Shown here: positions 62,595-64,000 of the stretch, piece after piece
Layout of the letters: every line of letters starts with the position of its first letter
How positions within the stretch are numbered: the stretch's first letter is position 1
NCBI RefSeq assembly: GCF_964213995.1
Contig: NW_027590701.1
Coordinates: 62,001-126,000 of the forward strand
DNA: 64,000 nucleotides
Direction: 5' to 3'
Source: Mustelus asterias
Lineage: Eukaryota
The notes under the pieces: generated by a model
Databases searched by the model: none
What the model was told of the DNA's origin: nothing
Seen by the model: the letters and a program-made list of their open reading frames with translations, nothing else
Position numbers and translations under genes: made by a program

Positions 62595-62763
62595 CCATTC
62601 CAACCATTATTCTGTAAATTGAGTCTGTGTCTTTCTATGCCCTGTTTGTGAACAGAATTCCCACTCACCTGAAGAAGGGGCTTAAGGCCCCAAAAGCTTG
62701 TGGCTTTTGCTACCAAATAAACCAGATGGACTTTAACCTGGTGTTGTCAAACTTCTTACTGTG
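62595..62763 (+). mobile_element. Penelope-like terminus (family 1), hammerhead with GAAA>AAAA
   Basis: Closely similar to 7224-7390. Confidence 0.8.
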
Positions 62764-63000
62764 GTCACATGTAGGCCAGACCAGTTAAGGACGGCAGATT
62801 TCCATCCTTAAAGGACATCAGTGAACCAGATGGGTTTTTACAACAATCAACAATGGTTTCATGGTCATCATCAGACTTTTAATTGAACTTAAATTTCACC
62901 ATCTGCTGTGGAGGGATTCGAACCTAGGTCCCCGGAACATTATCCTCGGTCTCTGGGTTGCTAGTCCACTGATAGTTGCACTGTGCCACTGCCTCCGCCA
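62763..63000 (-). mobile_element. Deu-domain-like SINE (SacSINE-like)
   Basis: ggccagacc..taaggacggcagatttcc..aaaggacatcagtgaaccagatgggtttt and a B-box-like gattcgaacc. Confidence 0.55.
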
Positions 63001-63748
63001 CCACCTCCCCACCCCTGCCCTGATCTGTACTGGAATTTCTAATCCACACAAATCTCCTCTCATTCTGCTCACCTCAACTCAGCTTTTCAGCTCAGCTTTT
63101 TAATCCTTTTTCTCTCATGTTCTCGTCTGGTTTCCTTTTTAAAGCATCTAAAGTATTTGTCTCAACCACTTCCAGTCGCAGTGAGTTCCATATTCTAACA
63201 ACTGTCTGAAGAAATAAATATCTCCTCCTGTTGATTTATTTGTCTCTGTTGTCTGTTCATGGTTCCCAGTATTGGAAACACCAACAAGTGGAAACATTTG
63301 TGTTGCTGATTCTGATTATCTGAGTATCTTTAATATGTTATCTAGAATCGTCATGAAGAAATGAGGAAAACAAGTTTAGAAAACGTTTTGTGAAGTTCGT
63401 CCGAAATCAGTTGAGAAGCCAATAAAGATATTCCCTCTCTGGGTGGAAAGATCTGTAAGAAATCATCTTTTAATAATCTTATATAAATCTTGAAAAATGT
63501 ATTGACTCTTATAGAAATTTCTCTTTCTCATTTTCTTATTGGGTAAGCTTCCTGGGTTGATAAACACAGGACAGTGTGGACCTGTTGTCTCTGCCAAGGA
63601 CACATCTCTAGCACAGAACCTGAAACAAGACAAAGTTGATAGGGTGGGGGGTGATTCTCAAAACCCACATGTAAACCAATTGTCTGAGTAAAGATTAAAC
63701 AGGGTGTCCGAGCAAGTGATGAGCCACAAAATGACTTCAAGGACATAA

Positions 63749-64000
63749 AAATCATAGAAATCCTACAGTACAGAAAGAGGCCATTTGGCCCATTGAGTCT
63801 GCACCGACCACAATCCCACCCAGGCCCTACCCCCATATCCCTACATATTTACCCACTAATCCCTCCAACCTACACATCTCAGGACACTAAGGGGCAATTT
63901 TTTTTTTAGCATTGCCAATCAAACTAACCCGCACATCTTTGGACTGTGGGAGGAAACCGGAGCACTCAGAGGAAACCCACGCAGACACGAGGAGAATGCG
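63749..64000 (-). mobile_element. HE1-like V-SINE (runs off the window)
   Basis: Nearly identical to 35632-35869. Confidence 0.85.

Overview
Eukaryotic (vertebrate) genomic DNA, most likely from a cartilaginous fish. That is inferred from HE1/V-SINE-like SINEs, abundant CR1-like LINEs and Penelope-like elements. The window is a tandem cluster of about 12 short C2H2 zinc-finger genes and pseudogenes with no visible KRAB, SCAN or BTB domain (5-10 fingers, mostly starting MEKPWKC), plus one leader-only relic. Several are arranged head-to-head around small CpG-rich promoters and were spread by segmental duplication. Intergenic DNA is mostly retroelements: CR1-like LINEs, V-SINEs, two solo LTRs with clear TSDs, Tx1-like 3' ends and two Penelope-like families. 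Main observations: (1) the Penelope-like termini carry minimal hammerhead-ribozyme motifs, one with an intact core and 9-bp TSDs; (2) a spaced palindrome TGGAGGACC-N11-GGTCCTCCA beside CCAAT boxes has invariant arms at five promoter sites; (3) the family start codon sits at the Gly position of a TGEKP linker, leaving three fossil fingers in the 5' leader; (4) a Tx1-like 3' end abuts the same exon-1 position in two paralogs; (5) there is a chimeric ZNF gene and an inverted templated insertion. Labels ZNF-1 to ZNF-12 are mine. Everything was read by eye and repeat boundaries are approximate unless a TSD is given.
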